Assembly (NCBI GenBank): GCA_051532035.1
Contig: JAOPTW010000008.1
Location: forward strand, 64,001-128,000
Direction: 5' to 3'
Source: Fibrobacterales bacterium
Lineage (GTDB): Bacteria > Fibrobacterota > Fibrobacteria > Fibrobacterales > JAOPTW01
DNA: 64,000 nt
In this document: piece by piece, positions 49,565-59,523 of the stretch
Layout of the letters: each line of letters starts with the position of its first letter
How positions within the stretch are numbered: position 1 is the stretch's first letter
Program-made: the position numbers and the translations under genes
The notes under the pieces: model-generated
Database searches by the model: none
What the model was told of the DNA's origin: nothing
Seen by the model: the letters and a program-made list of their open reading frames with translations, nothing else

Positions 49565-50782
49565 CTACACATAATTAGCCAGTGTTGGCTGAAGTACCTT
49601 AGAGGCGGATTGTAGTGACGCCTGATACACTGATTCCTGTAACTGGAAGCGGGATATCGCTTCTGCAAAGTCAAGGTCTTCAAGCTCGGATTGAATACGG
49701 GTCGATTCAATAATTTTATCGGCAAGGCGATCTCGCCCAGCCGTAATCTTATTTGTCCGCGCACCAGCGGTAGCCTGAGCCGAAAGCAATCGCTCAAAAG
49801 CTGCGTCAATATCAGTAATTGACTCCTCTATTTTAATAGGGTCATTCTGCTCGAGACCATACAACATAATGTTAATCGATTCAAACAGATCCGTTTCATT
49901 AATTTTTCCAAATATTTCATCCGGAATAAGATTAATCTGACCGGTCACACTTTCATCAAGCTGCCGCATTATTGAGCCCGTCATATCGTGCTCACTTCTA
50001 CGAATCCATTCATAGTCAATGCTAAACCCAGAGGCCTGAGCCGCTTGAGCATTTGCCGTGAGGTTACCTGGGTTACCGGGGTCATCAATAAACGTTATAG
50101 TACCATCAGGATAGTTGATAGTATAATCAACATTCTCAGTTAATCCTGTAATAGTAACCGTACCAGGCACCATCCCTTTAACTTCAGGATACCCGAGAAG
50201 ATTAGGGGTGTTTTGACCATCATTGAGGTCTCTATCAAAGAGTTGATGAGTCGACCCTGGGAACATACCTCCAGCTGCTTGTTCAGTATTATCGTTGAGA
50301 TCATTCACAGCAGTATAAAACTCCTCTGTTGATGATTCAACCACATACGGTTGCTTATCAGTATTGGTACCAGAAAAGAGAAAGTCGCCTTTATAAGTTG
50401 AATTTGAAACTGACACCATTTGATAGAGCAACTGACGTACTTCTCGAGCAATATATTCACGCTCCACTGCAGTATTCGTTGAGTTAGCACCCTGAATAGC
50501 GCGCTCACGTATAGACTGTAATACATTATTACTTGAGTTTAGTGTTGCGTCAACCATGAGCAAATATGACTCTGCATCTTGGGTATTCCGTACATACTGA
50601 TGCTTAGTACTAATACCACTCCGAAGCTCTAGGTCATTCGTAATATCAATGGGAGCATCTGAAGGCCGGGTTATTCTTTTACCCGAAGAGAGTTGCTCTT
50701 GCGTATCTGCAAGTTTCGAGTAGTTATTTTGTAGGTTTCTTTGAACCACATTATTTATATGAGTAAACGTAACGCGTGACAT
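49565..50782 (-). CDS. flgL: Flagellar hook-associated protein 3
   Basis: QEQLSSGKRITRPSD, FLFSGTNTDKQPY, EDLDFAEAI, YQASL...LQPTLANY. Confidence 0.94.
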   Translation of the reverse strand: MSRVTFTHINNVVQRNLQNNYSKLADTQEQLSSGKRITRPSDAPIDITNDLELRSGISTKHQYVRNTQDAESYLLMVDATLNSSNNVLQSIRERAIQGANSTNTAVEREYIAREVRQLLYQMVSVSNSTYKGDFLFSGTNTDKQPYVVESSTEEFYTAVNDLNDNTEQAAGGMFPGSTHQLFDRDLNDGQNTPNLLGYPEVKGMVPGTVTITGLTENVDYTINYPDGTITFIDDPGNPGNLTANAQAAQASGFSIDYEWIRRSEHDMTGSIMRQLDESVTGQINLIPDEIFGKINETDLFESINIMLYGLEQNDPIKIEESITDIDAAFERLLSAQATAGARTNKITAGRDRLADKIIESTRIQSELEDLDFAEAISRFQLQESVYQASLQSASKVLQPTLANYV

Positions 50783-50783
50783 A

Positions 50784-52721
50784 CTACGCTCCTAATCCAA
50801 TGATGGTTTGAAGGAGAGTATCAACAGTGTTGATAAATTTTGCACTCGCCTGAAACGTGTGCTCGAACTTTATCATATTTGCCATCTCTTCATCGAGAGA
50901 TACACCAGAAATCTCCTGTTGCCGCTTATTGAGCTGCTCTACAATATGCTCACGGGTCTCTTTGTTTGCTTCAGCCTCATTTCGTTCAACACCGAGTCGA
51001 CCGATAAATGAGGAGTAATACTCTTGTATCGTCTGAGTAGGATTGCCCAGCGAGTCGGGAATCATAGTGAGTTGTTCACGAATATTTGCGATATTTAGTG
51101 CATTTTCACCATCACCACGACCACGATATTTATCTGTCTTATGATTGAATTCTACAATAACTGTATCGCCAGCTACAAAACGAGCAGTATTTACAAATGA
51201 GATTATACCATTATCATAATCAACAACATAGTCACCACCGGGCCCCTCTTCAAGGACATCATTGGGAGGGCGACTATCTTTAACCACAACAGAAGCTGCA
51301 TCCAATTCAGTATATTGTGGATCAAAGGACGTTAAATCAATTGAGATAGTCGCAGGATAGGTTGCAGGAATCTGTACGCCCCAGTCATAATTGACAGAGA
51401 CAGCCCCTAGAGCAGGAATTGCGCCACCACCGAGGCGTGTTACTGTTCCATTGAGGTAATCGACAGTATAATCAACACCCTCTGTCATCACAGCACCACC
51501 GGAAACAACGGTCATTGAATTGGCCGCAATACGAGTATCAGGTCTATTCACAAACGTTGAATCTGTAGTTAAATCAATGATATCACCCGCAGGAAACATT
51601 GTACTAGAGTTCACATTATCGCCAGAAACATTACCCGCTTGAGACTGCCCACCAAGCGCTGCCGCAATACTATTAACGCTGTTCAGGACTGAAGAACTAA
51701 TTGCAATATTGCCCGCATTAGTATTATTGGCCTCAAAAAAGTTAACCCCAGTAGTTAAATTAAGGGTATACCCCTCATTGTGAATCGAGTTAACCTCTTC
51801 TACAAACACGCTTGCCATTTCGTTAAGCTGCGCAATAAAACTTTCAATGCGCTCATCTCTGCTTTCAAGCATCCCGCCTACACGCCCTGAAGCTGGTGCA
51901 AATTCACGCTTGTTATTAGAGTATTTCATTATAACTTCAGAATAGGTATTCCCCAAGGAGTCAACTTTTTCGTCGCGCCCAAGTAAAATATCTACTGTAG
52001 CCGAAGGGGTTACAATCACATTACCCATGGTCGTTACGGTATACTTTCCAAATTCATCTTCAAAATAATCTATTGGAATAAGCTCAGAAAGTTCTTTCAT
52101 GACCAGGTCTCTTCGGTCACGGCTATCATTTGCATTTGAACCTGGAGAGAGTTCAACTTGAGTGATCTCTTCATTGAGTCTATAGAGCTCTTTAGTGAGG
52201 CCATTTACTTGTTCAACAACCCCCTCAATATCCCCATTAACAGAGAGTTTAAAATCACGCAACTCAGTCGAAAGGGTGTGAAATTGATTTACCAACACTT
52301 CGCCTGATGCACGCACTGTCTCACGAGCAGAAAGGTCGGCAGGGTTATTCACTAGATCTTGCCATGAGTTCCAAAAATCATCCATTGACGTGGTCAAACT
52401 ATTATCGGAAGGCTCATTAAATACATTTTCTATACGCTCTAAGGTTTTATCAATGACTTCATAATACCCTTGTTCTGTAAGCTGTTTATCAATTTGTCTG
52501 TCAATGAATACATTCCTGATACGCTCAACGCCACTAATGTCAACGCCTGTACCCATTTCACCATAGCCGTCGTCTCTCCGCGCACCCGCAGTAACACTGA
52601 CTCGCTTCCGTGAATACCCATCGGTATTCGCATTGGAAATGTTTTGACCAGTTACATCGATAGCAAGTTGTGACGCTTGTACCGCATTTATCCCAGTATT
52701 TAATGCATCAAGAATACCCAT
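50784..52721 (-). CDS. flgK: Flagellar hook-associated protein 1
   Basis: TGQNISNANTDGYSRKR, GTGV, DRRDL, SGVSLDEEMANMIKFEHTFQASAK. Confidence 0.95.
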   Translation of the reverse strand: MGILDALNTGINAVQASQLAIDVTGQNISNANTDGYSRKRVSVTAGARRDDGYGEMGTGVDISGVERIRNVFIDRQIDKQLTEQGYYEVIDKTLERIENVFNEPSDNSLTTSMDDFWNSWQDLVNNPADLSARETVRASGEVLVNQFHTLSTELRDFKLSVNGDIEGVVEQVNGLTKELYRLNEEITQVELSPGSNANDSRDRRDLVMKELSELIPIDYFEDEFGKYTVTTMGNVIVTPSATVDILLGRDEKVDSLGNTYSEVIMKYSNNKREFAPASGRVGGMLESRDERIESFIAQLNEMASVFVEEVNSIHNEGYTLNLTTGVNFFEANNTNAGNIAISSSVLNSVNSIAAALGGQSQAGNVSGDNVNSSTMFPAGDIIDLTTDSTFVNRPDTRIAANSMTVVSGGAVMTEGVDYTVDYLNGTVTRLGGGAIPALGAVSVNYDWGVQIPATYPATISIDLTSFDPQYTELDAASVVVKDSRPPNDVLEEGPGGDYVVDYDNGIISFVNTARFVAGDTVIVEFNHKTDKYRGRGDGENALNIANIREQLTMIPDSLGNPTQTIQEYYSSFIGRLGVERNEAEANKETREHIVEQLNKRQQEISGVSLDEEMANMIKFEHTFQASAKFINTVDTLLQTIIGLGA

Positions 52722-52722
52722 A

Positions 52723-53238
52723 TCAGACCTCCTTGTTAAACAAGCTCCTCAGCTGTCTATTTCCTTGGTTAACCGTCCCGGTACCACCATAGGTTTTAAA
52801 TGAATTTTTCTTACCCCGATTCAATACGCTGGTCGCTATAGCGAGAGTTGTTTTGATATAATCCCGTGAAGTAGATATCAAACCATTATTGATAGTATTG
52901 ATTGCTTTCACTTTTTCAAAGAGAGGCTTAAGCTCCTTTACTAATGCGACAATCTCTTTTGCGTACGGATTCGTTGCATAAAACTTTTGAATATCAATCA
53001 CTTTAGAAAATGCTTCGATACCCGCCTCTTCTGCGAGTTGTTCCATCAACTGAATACGTTGACGCTCCAAGTCTTGCAGATCAACACTGATCACTTCAAT
53101 AGTGATATTGACCTTATTGATCGCATCAATATCATTTTTAATGAGGAAAATTTTCTGTTCTTCGGCACACTCAATGTATTTGGTGTATTCAAATTTGAGT
53201 TCACGAAGTGTCTCAGAAAGTTTTTTTACCTTGTCCAT
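52723..53238 (-). CDS. flgN: Flagellar export chaperone FlgN
   Basis: Helical protein with LERQR, N..NNGLI and TYG motifs; directly upstream of flgK. Confidence 0.8.
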   Translation of the reverse strand: MDKVKKLSETLRELKFEYTKYIECAEEQKIFLIKNDIDAINKVNITIEVISVDLQDLERQRIQLMEQLAEEAGIEAFSKVIDIQKFYATNPYAKEIVALVKELKPLFEKVKAINTINNGLISTSRDYIKTTLAIATSVLNRGKKNSFKTYGGTGTVNQGNRQLRSLFNKEV

Positions 53239-53247
53239 CTTTGCCTC

Positions 53248-54039
53248 CTACTCTGTTGCCAGAGATGCTTTGTCTTTTAATACTTTTGTGACATAATTTT
53301 GAGTCTCCTTAAACGGAGGAATGCCACCATATTTTTCTACGTTCCCCGGCCCTGCATTATATGCCGCCAGCGCCAATGATTCATTATTATCAAATCTATC
53401 AAGCATCTTTTTCAGATACTTAGTACCCCCCATTATGTTATCACGAGGGTCAAACACATTACGTACACCTAACTCTTTTGCAGTGCCGTCCATAAGCTGC
53501 ATTAACCCCTTTGCGCCTACAGGCGATATTGCATAAGGATTACCAGCCGACTCATTTTTTATCACGCTTTCAATAAGGGTTGAATCTACTCCAAAAATTT
53601 CTGCTGCCTCGAGCACAATTGACTCTATTGATGCACCGTCACTCACAACCTTTTTCTCATCGGTAATCGCTGAAGCTTTCGTCTGCTGTGAAATCCCTCC
53701 AAGGGAATACGCCATATTCATTGCAGCATTATTCTTTTCAATAGTGATCGGAGCGGCTTTTTCACCCATCTGTTTATACAGAACCTCTGCAAGTCCAGTG
53801 GTAGAATGTCCTTTCGTGAGAAGCTGTGCATACTCTTGATCGAGCATCTCTGTAAAGATTTTTCTTCCCTGAGATGGCTCATTTTCTGAACCATACGTTA
53901 CGGTCTTACGCATAGATTTGAAAATCTCATTTACAAACATTGCCTCAAACTTCCGTGCAACGTCCCATTTCTGTTGCTGATCCGGAGTCAGGTTTCCCTT
54001 TTTTGGGTGTACTATTGTTTGTTGTGTTTCAACTTTCAT
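53248..54039 (-). CDS. flgJ: FlgJ rod-binding domain fused to an SLT lytic transglycosylase
   Basis: N-terminal [19 protein letters not shown]...[10 protein letters not shown]...[10 protein letters not shown]-terminal [35 protein letters not shown]. Confidence 0.85.
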   Translation of the reverse strand: MKVETQQTIVHPKKGNLTPDQQQKWDVARKFEAMFVNEIFKSMRKTVTYGSENEPSQGRKIFTEMLDQEYAQLLTKGHSTTGLAEVLYKQMGEKAAPITIEKNNAAMNMAYSLGGISQQTKASAITDEKKVVSDGASIESIVLEAAEIFGVDSTLIESVIKNESAGNPYAISPVGAKGLMQLMDGTAKELGVRNVFDPRDNIMGGTKYLKKMLDRFDNNESLALAAYNAGPGNVEKYGGIPPFKETQNYVTKVLKDKASLATE

Positions 54040-54081
54040 ATGAACATCCTGTTCACTCTATTCCATCTTCCTTAGTCAAAA

Positions 54082-54096
54082 GCAAACCCCGTGCCA
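54082..54096 (-). promoter_or_regulatory. Sigma54 promoter of the flgJ-flgN-flgK-flgL operon
   Basis: The minus strand reads TGGCAC-GGGGT-TTGC. Confidence 0.9.
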
Positions 54097-54378
54097 AAAC
54101 TTAAAGTGCAGTTTTAAGGCGTTTTTGAAGGATTTTCTACTGTTGTACCTAAGGCAAGGCAATATTTGCATAGAGACAGGAGCATTGTTTTCCCTGAGCT
54201 GGCAAGATTTACCACAATATGAACACTGATATTTCCAAAATACTGATTTCATTGCATTTAAAAAATAAATTGGGTATCTTAATATATTAGCGCAACTTTA
54301 AGTATTGTACTCATTTGACGCTAGAAACCAACTTTTAAGGATGTCGGTCGGCTTTACAAGGCATCCATTGTGTGTGTA

Positions 54379-56358
54379 ATGAAACGAGAAAAACGAACAT
54401 CCCTGCTTAAAGGGCTCTTTGCCCATTTTTTGCAGTTTAACCAGATGGCACTTGCCTTGCTCATCTTTATTGCCGTTTTTTTTATCGCCTCTAAGGTCAA
54501 CTCGTTCAACTATCAGCAATATCTCAAAGAGAGCTCTCTCATACAGTCGTTCTACTTTAAAGCCTATATTCTTAATAATGCTCTTGAAAATGATATTGAT
54601 ATAACTCTCGATATTTTAGAGAAGCTTCCTAATCAAGAGACCGATATAGAACACCACCTTTTCCTCGTCGAACCAACAGGTGCCATTGATATAACTGGAG
54701 ACAAACCACCCCAGTACCTCCCAACCACAACACCACCCTACTCAGAGTTTTACCTACAAATCAAAAACACCACAATCGATTCACTCATCAACTTCCCTTC
54801 CATGCGCATGCTCCAATACCATTTTAATGACAAGCGCAGTAAACTCGCTCTTATTTTGCCAAACCGGAGCCCCATAGCTCTCTTTTTAGCAGAGTATGGA
54901 CTAAACCTCACTATTATGATTTTCGGCCTGAGTGTCATATTTTTGCTCTTCTATATATTTACCAAGAACCATCTCATCAAACCCATTACCATACTTGCAA
55001 AACATATTCAAAGCCTCAAGGATAACTTTGTCGACAGTCAAAACCTCCAAGACCAAGTCCCCAAAAACTGGCGACCACTCCTTGGTATCATCACACAAAC
55101 CTTTAAAAAGAATCGGCGCTATCAACAGGACCTCATTAATCAATTCTACCTAGACACCCTTACTGCACTCCCCAATAGAAACAAACTTCATTATGACATC
55201 GACAAAACCGCATTTGATGAACTCTACTTAATCTTACTCGATGTTGACTCATTTAAAGATATCAATGACTTTTATGGAACCTCTACTGGTGACTCAGTGC
55301 TTATTCAAATAAAAGAGCTCCTCCTCAATCAGATCAACAACCAACAGTGGAACCTCTACCGAACCTCTGGTGATGAATTTGCTATCCTATCACACACTCA
55401 AGTAGAAGGGCAAGACGCCCTTGCCTGGCTCGAAAAGTTTTTGACCATAACACAAAACACTATATTTAAATACCAAAACTACAAAATCAGAATTCGGTTT
55501 AGCCTCGGGGTAGCTATTGGTAAAGAGAATATTTTACGTAAAGCAGACATGGCCCTCCACGAAGCAAAGAGTAAACGCAAACATTATGTCATCTATAATA
55601 ATGCAACCATTCCTCAAGGTGAATTTGAAGAGAACATTAAGTGGACCAATACTATTTGTCACGCTCTCGAAAACCAAAACTTTGTTCCCTATTTTCAACC
55701 CATATACAACAACCGCAGCCATGCAATTGAGAAGTACGAATGTCTTATCCGACTCATTGATGAAGCAGGAGAAGTGGTTGCCCCTATCAACTTTCTTCCT
55801 ATTGCCATAAAAAACAAACAGTACAATTTGCTCTCTAAAATTATGATTGAAAAAAGTTTTGCTCGTTTTGCAGGAACAAAATTTGAATTTTCTGTGAACC
55901 TCTCTGCCGATGACATGCTGAACGAAGAGACAACCCGGTTCATCTTTGAACAACTCAGACACCACAACATTGGTCATCAAGTGGTCTTTGAAATATTAGA
56001 ATCCGATGGCATTGAAAACTACTCTGAAGTAAAAACATTTATCCGTCAAGCAAAAGAGTTTGGATGTAAAATTGCTATTGATGATTTTGGTACAGGGTAT
56101 TCTAATTTTGAACACATCCTGAGACTTGACATAGACTACATCAAAATTGATGGGTCTCTCATCCGCAATATTGAGAATGATAAAAACCTTAAAATATTAC
56201 TTGAAACAATTGTAGACTTCGCAAAAAAACTGGGTATCGAACTCATTGCAGAATTTGTCTCATCAGAGGGTATTCAGCAAGAGGTTCAAGAGCTCGGCAT
56301 TGAGTTTTCTCAGGGGTACTACTTTGGTAAACCCGAGCCTTTTTTACTTAAAGGGTAA
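54379..56358 (+). CDS. Membrane-bound GGDEF-EAL protein (probable c-di-GMP phosphodiesterase)
   Basis: Two TM helices; DTLTALPNR, SGDEF; FQPI, YECLIR, FEILES, IAIDDFGTGYSNF, IKIDGSL, AEFV, QGYYF. Confidence 0.93.
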   Translation: MKREKRTSLLKGLFAHFLQFNQMALALLIFIAVFFIASKVNSFNYQQYLKESSLIQSFYFKAYILNNALENDIDITLDILEKLPNQETDIEHHLFLVEPTGAIDITGDKPPQYLPTTTPPYSEFYLQIKNTTIDSLINFPSMRMLQYHFNDKRSKLALILPNRSPIALFLAEYGLNLTIMIFGLSVIFLLFYIFTKNHLIKPITILAKHIQSLKDNFVDSQNLQDQVPKNWRPLLGIITQTFKKNRRYQQDLINQFYLDTLTALPNRNKLHYDIDKTAFDELYLILLDVDSFKDINDFYGTSTGDSVLIQIKELLLNQINNQQWNLYRTSGDEFAILSHTQVEGQDALAWLEKFLTITQNTIFKYQNYKIRIRFSLGVAIGKENILRKADMALHEAKSKRKHYVIYNNATIPQGEFEENIKWTNTICHALENQNFVPYFQPIYNNRSHAIEKYECLIRLIDEAGEVVAPINFLPIAIKNKQYNLLSKIMIEKSFARFAGTKFEFSVNLSADDMLNEETTRFIFEQLRHHNIGHQVVFEILESDGIENYSEVKTFIRQAKEFGCKIAIDDFGTGYSNFEHILRLDIDYIKIDGSLIRNIENDKNLKILLETIVDFAKKLGIELIAEFVSSEGIQQEVQELGIEFSQGYYFGKPEPFLLKG

Positions 56359-56361
56359 CCC

Positions 56362-56943
56362 CTACTTTTTCATAATAAAAGCAGAGACCTCTAATTGACG
56401 GAGCTCAATAAGCTTATCTTCAGCGGCATCCTTTGTCTCAAATACACCACCTCGTATTTTATAAAAAGGCGCATCAAAGATAAGTCTCAATGGTACCCCT
56501 GTTAGTTGATTTAAATACCTAAGACGTTTTTGAGCTGCATCAAAGTCTGCAAGAGTTGCGAACTGTAGAATATAGCTGCTCTCGTCTTTCTTCACTTCTC
56601 TATTTTTAACAAAGTAGAAGTCTTTGTTACTTTGCGTAGTGTCGATTCCCTTGAGGGTATACTCTTTACCTTTAAATATTTCATCGATAGGAGTTAAACG
56701 ATTATTTAACTTTTCTCGGTTGTAATTTGCTTCTGGATAAATAAATGCGTAGTGGCTGCCTGTAGTACGGCCCAATTCAACAGGCTTTGCAGCCTCTGTT
56801 CTATTTAAGCGCTCATTCTGTTGAGCAGGCGCATCTTGATGGGCATTTGAATGTGGGGAACTCCCCGCACAGCCACTTAATAATGAAAGCGTACTTGCAA
56901 CTGCTGCAATTTGGGCAATATAAAGAATTTGTTTGATTTGCAT
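56362..56943 (-). CDS. SPOR-domain lipoprotein
   Basis: Lipobox LSGC; C-terminal YILQF...FDAPFYKIRGGVFETKDAAE...SAFI. Confidence 0.8.
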   Translation of the reverse strand: MQIKQILYIAQIAAVASTLSLLSGCAGSSPHSNAHQDAPAQQNERLNRTEAAKPVELGRTTGSHYAFIYPEANYNREKLNNRLTPIDEIFKGKEYTLKGIDTTQSNKDFYFVKNREVKKDESSYILQFATLADFDAAQKRLRYLNQLTGVPLRLIFDAPFYKIRGGVFETKDAAEDKLIELRQLEVSAFIMKK

Positions 56944-57051
56944 AGCGTTCCTTTTTTACCACATATTCTAGGGGTTATACTATCTTAATGCACATTAAGG
57001 TGTGGCTATCACCTTTCCCCGTAAAAAATAAACTCTTACGAGCGGTGCTGC

Positions 57052-57858
57052 ATGGTTAAAGCGATAATATTACTTTTTATTACAATAATAGTGACTTACT
57101 TTGCAAAATTCCATAATTACTCGGTCGAACCGGTACGGGAACATGAAAATCTTGGCTGGGTACTCCCCCGAAGTACGACTCTCTCATTTCTTTTTGTTGC
57201 TCATGACGACGGTATTGACACCAATAATGTCAAAACGGGGTACCGCGTATGGTTTAATCCACCCAAGCAACCCCAAATGCTTTCACATGGCGAGAAGGCC
57301 CCCTTTCTTGGGAAAACACTCACCCTCATCGGTGACTCCATTGACCTCGAAGCAATTGCTCAGGTAAGTAACACCCTTATCGATGGCGGTGTACTCCACA
57401 TCATTGGGCGTCAAAGCATTCCAGAGGCACTCCTCAAAAAGCAGAGTGATCGCATACTCATAACTTCAGAAGTAATATATAACGACACCATAACGCTCCC
57501 CATGGGTGATGACTGCACAAACACCATTATATTTGACTCTGTTGGCAATTATACCGCCTCAATAACCAATACCCAGTACCACTACACAGTATCCAATCGT
57601 TCGAAACTCTATACTCAGCCCCTAAATATACCTGGAATAGAAATCTATTTGGCCTCTGAAACTCAGCCCAATTATCATACCGGCACAACAGTTCTCTACC
57701 AAAACAGACTCGATACCTCTCGGGCCCAGGATTCTACACAGATCAATATCTTTGAATCTGACAAAGCAGTGATTTTCTATGAGGATAAAAATTTTGGGGA
57801 GGACCGACTGTTGATTCGAAAGATTCATCTCAACAGTTGGCGAGCTGAAGCTCAATAA
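57052..57858 (+). CDS. Hypothetical membrane-anchored protein
   Basis: 268-aa ORF filling the gap, N-terminal hydrophobic segment, no recognisable motif. Confidence 0.65.
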   Translation: MVKAIILLFITIIVTYFAKFHNYSVEPVREHENLGWVLPRSTTLSFLFVAHDDGIDTNNVKTGYRVWFNPPKQPQMLSHGEKAPFLGKTLTLIGDSIDLEAIAQVSNTLIDGGVLHIIGRQSIPEALLKKQSDRILITSEVIYNDTITLPMGDDCTNTIIFDSVGNYTASITNTQYHYTVSNRSKLYTQPLNIPGIEIYLASETQPNYHTGTTVLYQNRLDTSRAQDSTQINIFESDKAVIFYEDKNFGEDRLLIRKIHLNSWRAEAQ

Positions 57859-57908
57859 TCTTTTAGTACATTCAAAAAATACGAGGGCGGATTCGCCCCC
57901 ATAAATAT

Positions 57909-58343
57909 CTATGTTCTATCGTCTTGGATGTCGGTATCGAGATTGATATCACCACGCTCAATTTTTAGCGTAAGCTTTGCCGTAGCAAGAGCCTCTTTAT
58001 ATTCTTCATTATCTGGGTCAAGAGGGAGCAGTTTCTTTTCGAGAATATGCTCAGCTTCTTGTGGGCGCTCAAGAGTAAGGAGCAATGAACAGATTTGAAA
58101 CCATGCATCTTTATCATGAACATCTGTTGAAACTATCCGCTCATATTTAAGCAGCGCTTGTTCATATTCATCCATACAGGATAGGCAAATTGCCCATTGA
58201 TGCAATAGATCTCTATTATTAGAGTCGTGACTGAGTTCAGTCTTTATCATCCCAATAATTTCATTAAAAAGCGTCTCGGCATTAGAGTGCTGCTCTTCCG
58301 CCATCATCTCTATTGCATGCCCTATCTCATCTTCAAATTTCAT
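57909..58343 (-). CDS. TPR protein
   Basis: WAICLSCMDEYEQALLKYER, AWFQI...LERPQEAE, LDPDNEEY; GGGGAG RBS. Confidence 0.75.
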   Translation of the reverse strand: MKFEDEIGHAIEMMAEEQHSNAETLFNEIIGMIKTELSHDSNNRDLLHQWAICLSCMDEYEQALLKYERIVSTDVHDKDAWFQICSLLLTLERPQEAEHILEKKLLPLDPDNEEYKEALATAKLTLKIERGDINLDTDIQDDRT

Positions 58344-58358
58344 ATGCTCCCCTTGATA

Positions 58359-59141
58359 CTACTTTTGTACTTCAACCGACTGTGGTCTTGGTGAAATTTT
58401 TATAAAGTGTAGTGCAGCGAGGGACACAATACAATAGACGAGGAAATAATAGAAACCCGGACCTACCCACGCATCAGAAAGAAGGTCGATGTTTACCTGC
58501 ATCTTCATAGACATCACTGACACCTCTTTCATTACCTGTTGTGCTTGGTCCTTCATTGAAAGATACCCAAGGAAAATAGCACACACAAAGACATCAGCCA
58601 TAGACCACTTGCCAATGGTCTTAACAAAGTTATAGAGGCCCCGCTCAATTCTTACATTTTTAGAAAAAAGCACTATAAGGAGCATAAAGCCTTTTGCTAT
58701 GGGTATAATTGCACTAAAAATAAGAATGAGTGTTGCCACCAAGTATTTATCATATTCATAGAGGTCACTCACTGTGCCAACGATAGACCGTTGTTTGTTC
58801 ATTATGGTTGCATTAAAATCGGCAACCTGTTGTTTAAATTGAGGGATTGACGCGTTAACTTGAGTACTCATATCAATGGTAAGCATTGTCTCAGTAAGTC
58901 CAGGATAGAGTACTGCAAACGAGAGCATAATTAACACAAGCCCAACTTTATTACTGAGGCCAATTCTTGTAATGGCACACGAAACAGCAATAACCATAAA
59001 TTTTATAAGCGTAGGCCATGCTAAAAGTGTATATCCAACGCGAGTACCCTCTACAATAGCGTCTGCTATGATCAAATCGGCATATATTGAACCTAAAAAA
59101 AGTGTAAAAAGACCTAAAAGGGTCCATCTTCTCCAATGCAT
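58359..59141 (-). CDS. Paraquat-inducible protein A (PqiA) family membrane protein
   Basis: RSIVGTV..LY, LILIFSAIIPIAK, IGKWSMADVF, GPGFYYFLVY. Confidence 0.85.
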   Translation of the reverse strand: MHWRRWTLLGLFTLFLGSIYADLIIADAIVEGTRVGYTLLAWPTLIKFMVIAVSCAITRIGLSNKVGLVLIMLSFAVLYPGLTETMLTIDMSTQVNASIPQFKQQVADFNATIMNKQRSIVGTVSDLYEYDKYLVATLILIFSAIIPIAKGFMLLIVLFSKNVRIERGLYNFVKTIGKWSMADVFVCAIFLGYLSMKDQAQQVMKEVSVMSMKMQVNIDLLSDAWVGPGFYYFLVYCIVSLAALHFIKISPRPQSVEVQK

Positions 59142-59277
59142 AGTAACTCCAAGTGTTTTTTAAGGAGCCTCAAAAATAGCAAAATTTGACTCTATTCACT
59201 ATGGAAACCTATATCCGTTGACAATAGCTTTATATTTTTCTTAATTTAGTCGCATTCACTAATAACATGAGAAATAC

Positions 59278-59373
59278 ATGCCATCTGGAAAAAAACGCAA
59301 GAGAAAAAAGATTGCTACGCATAAGCGTAAAAAAAGACGTCGTAAAGACAGACATAAGAAAAAAGGTAAATAG
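59278..59373 (+). CDS. Small basic ribosomal protein bS22 (AURKAIP1/COX24/DUF1713 type), 31 aa
   Basis: Below the ORF-track cutoff: MPSGKKRKRKKIATHKRKKRRRKDRHKKKGK; upstream TTGACA at 59218-59223. Confidence 0.88.
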   Translation: MPSGKKRKRKKIATHKRKKRRRKDRHKKKGK

Positions 59374-59400
59374 GCCTTTTTCCTAAATAAAAATATTGAA

Positions 59401-59511
59401 AAGGAAGACCCCTTTCAGTACATATCTAAAAGTGCACTCGTGCTGAGTAATCTTCTTGGCTACAATGGGCCATTTTAGGAATGTTCTGGATATAACGGGT
59501 CTTCTTTTTTT
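59401..59511 (+). ncRNA. Long imperfect stem-loop (~110 nt) ending in a U tract; structured 3' UTR, sRNA or extended terminator
   Basis: Nested pairs GAAGACCC/GGGTCTTC, TTCAGTACAT/ATGTTCTGGA, CTAAAA/TTTTAG, GCTGAG/CTTGGC; G-U pairs favour the plus strand. Confidence 0.45.
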
Positions 59512-59523
59512 ATTTTTATCCCC

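Noticed and set aside
59401..59511. SAM-I riboswitch-like words on the minus strand (ATCCAGA, TGGCCC, CTGAAAG) or SRP RNA
   Set aside because: The core GAGGGA and GCAAC elements and the SRP domain IV motif are absent, and there is no suitable downstream gene on that strand.
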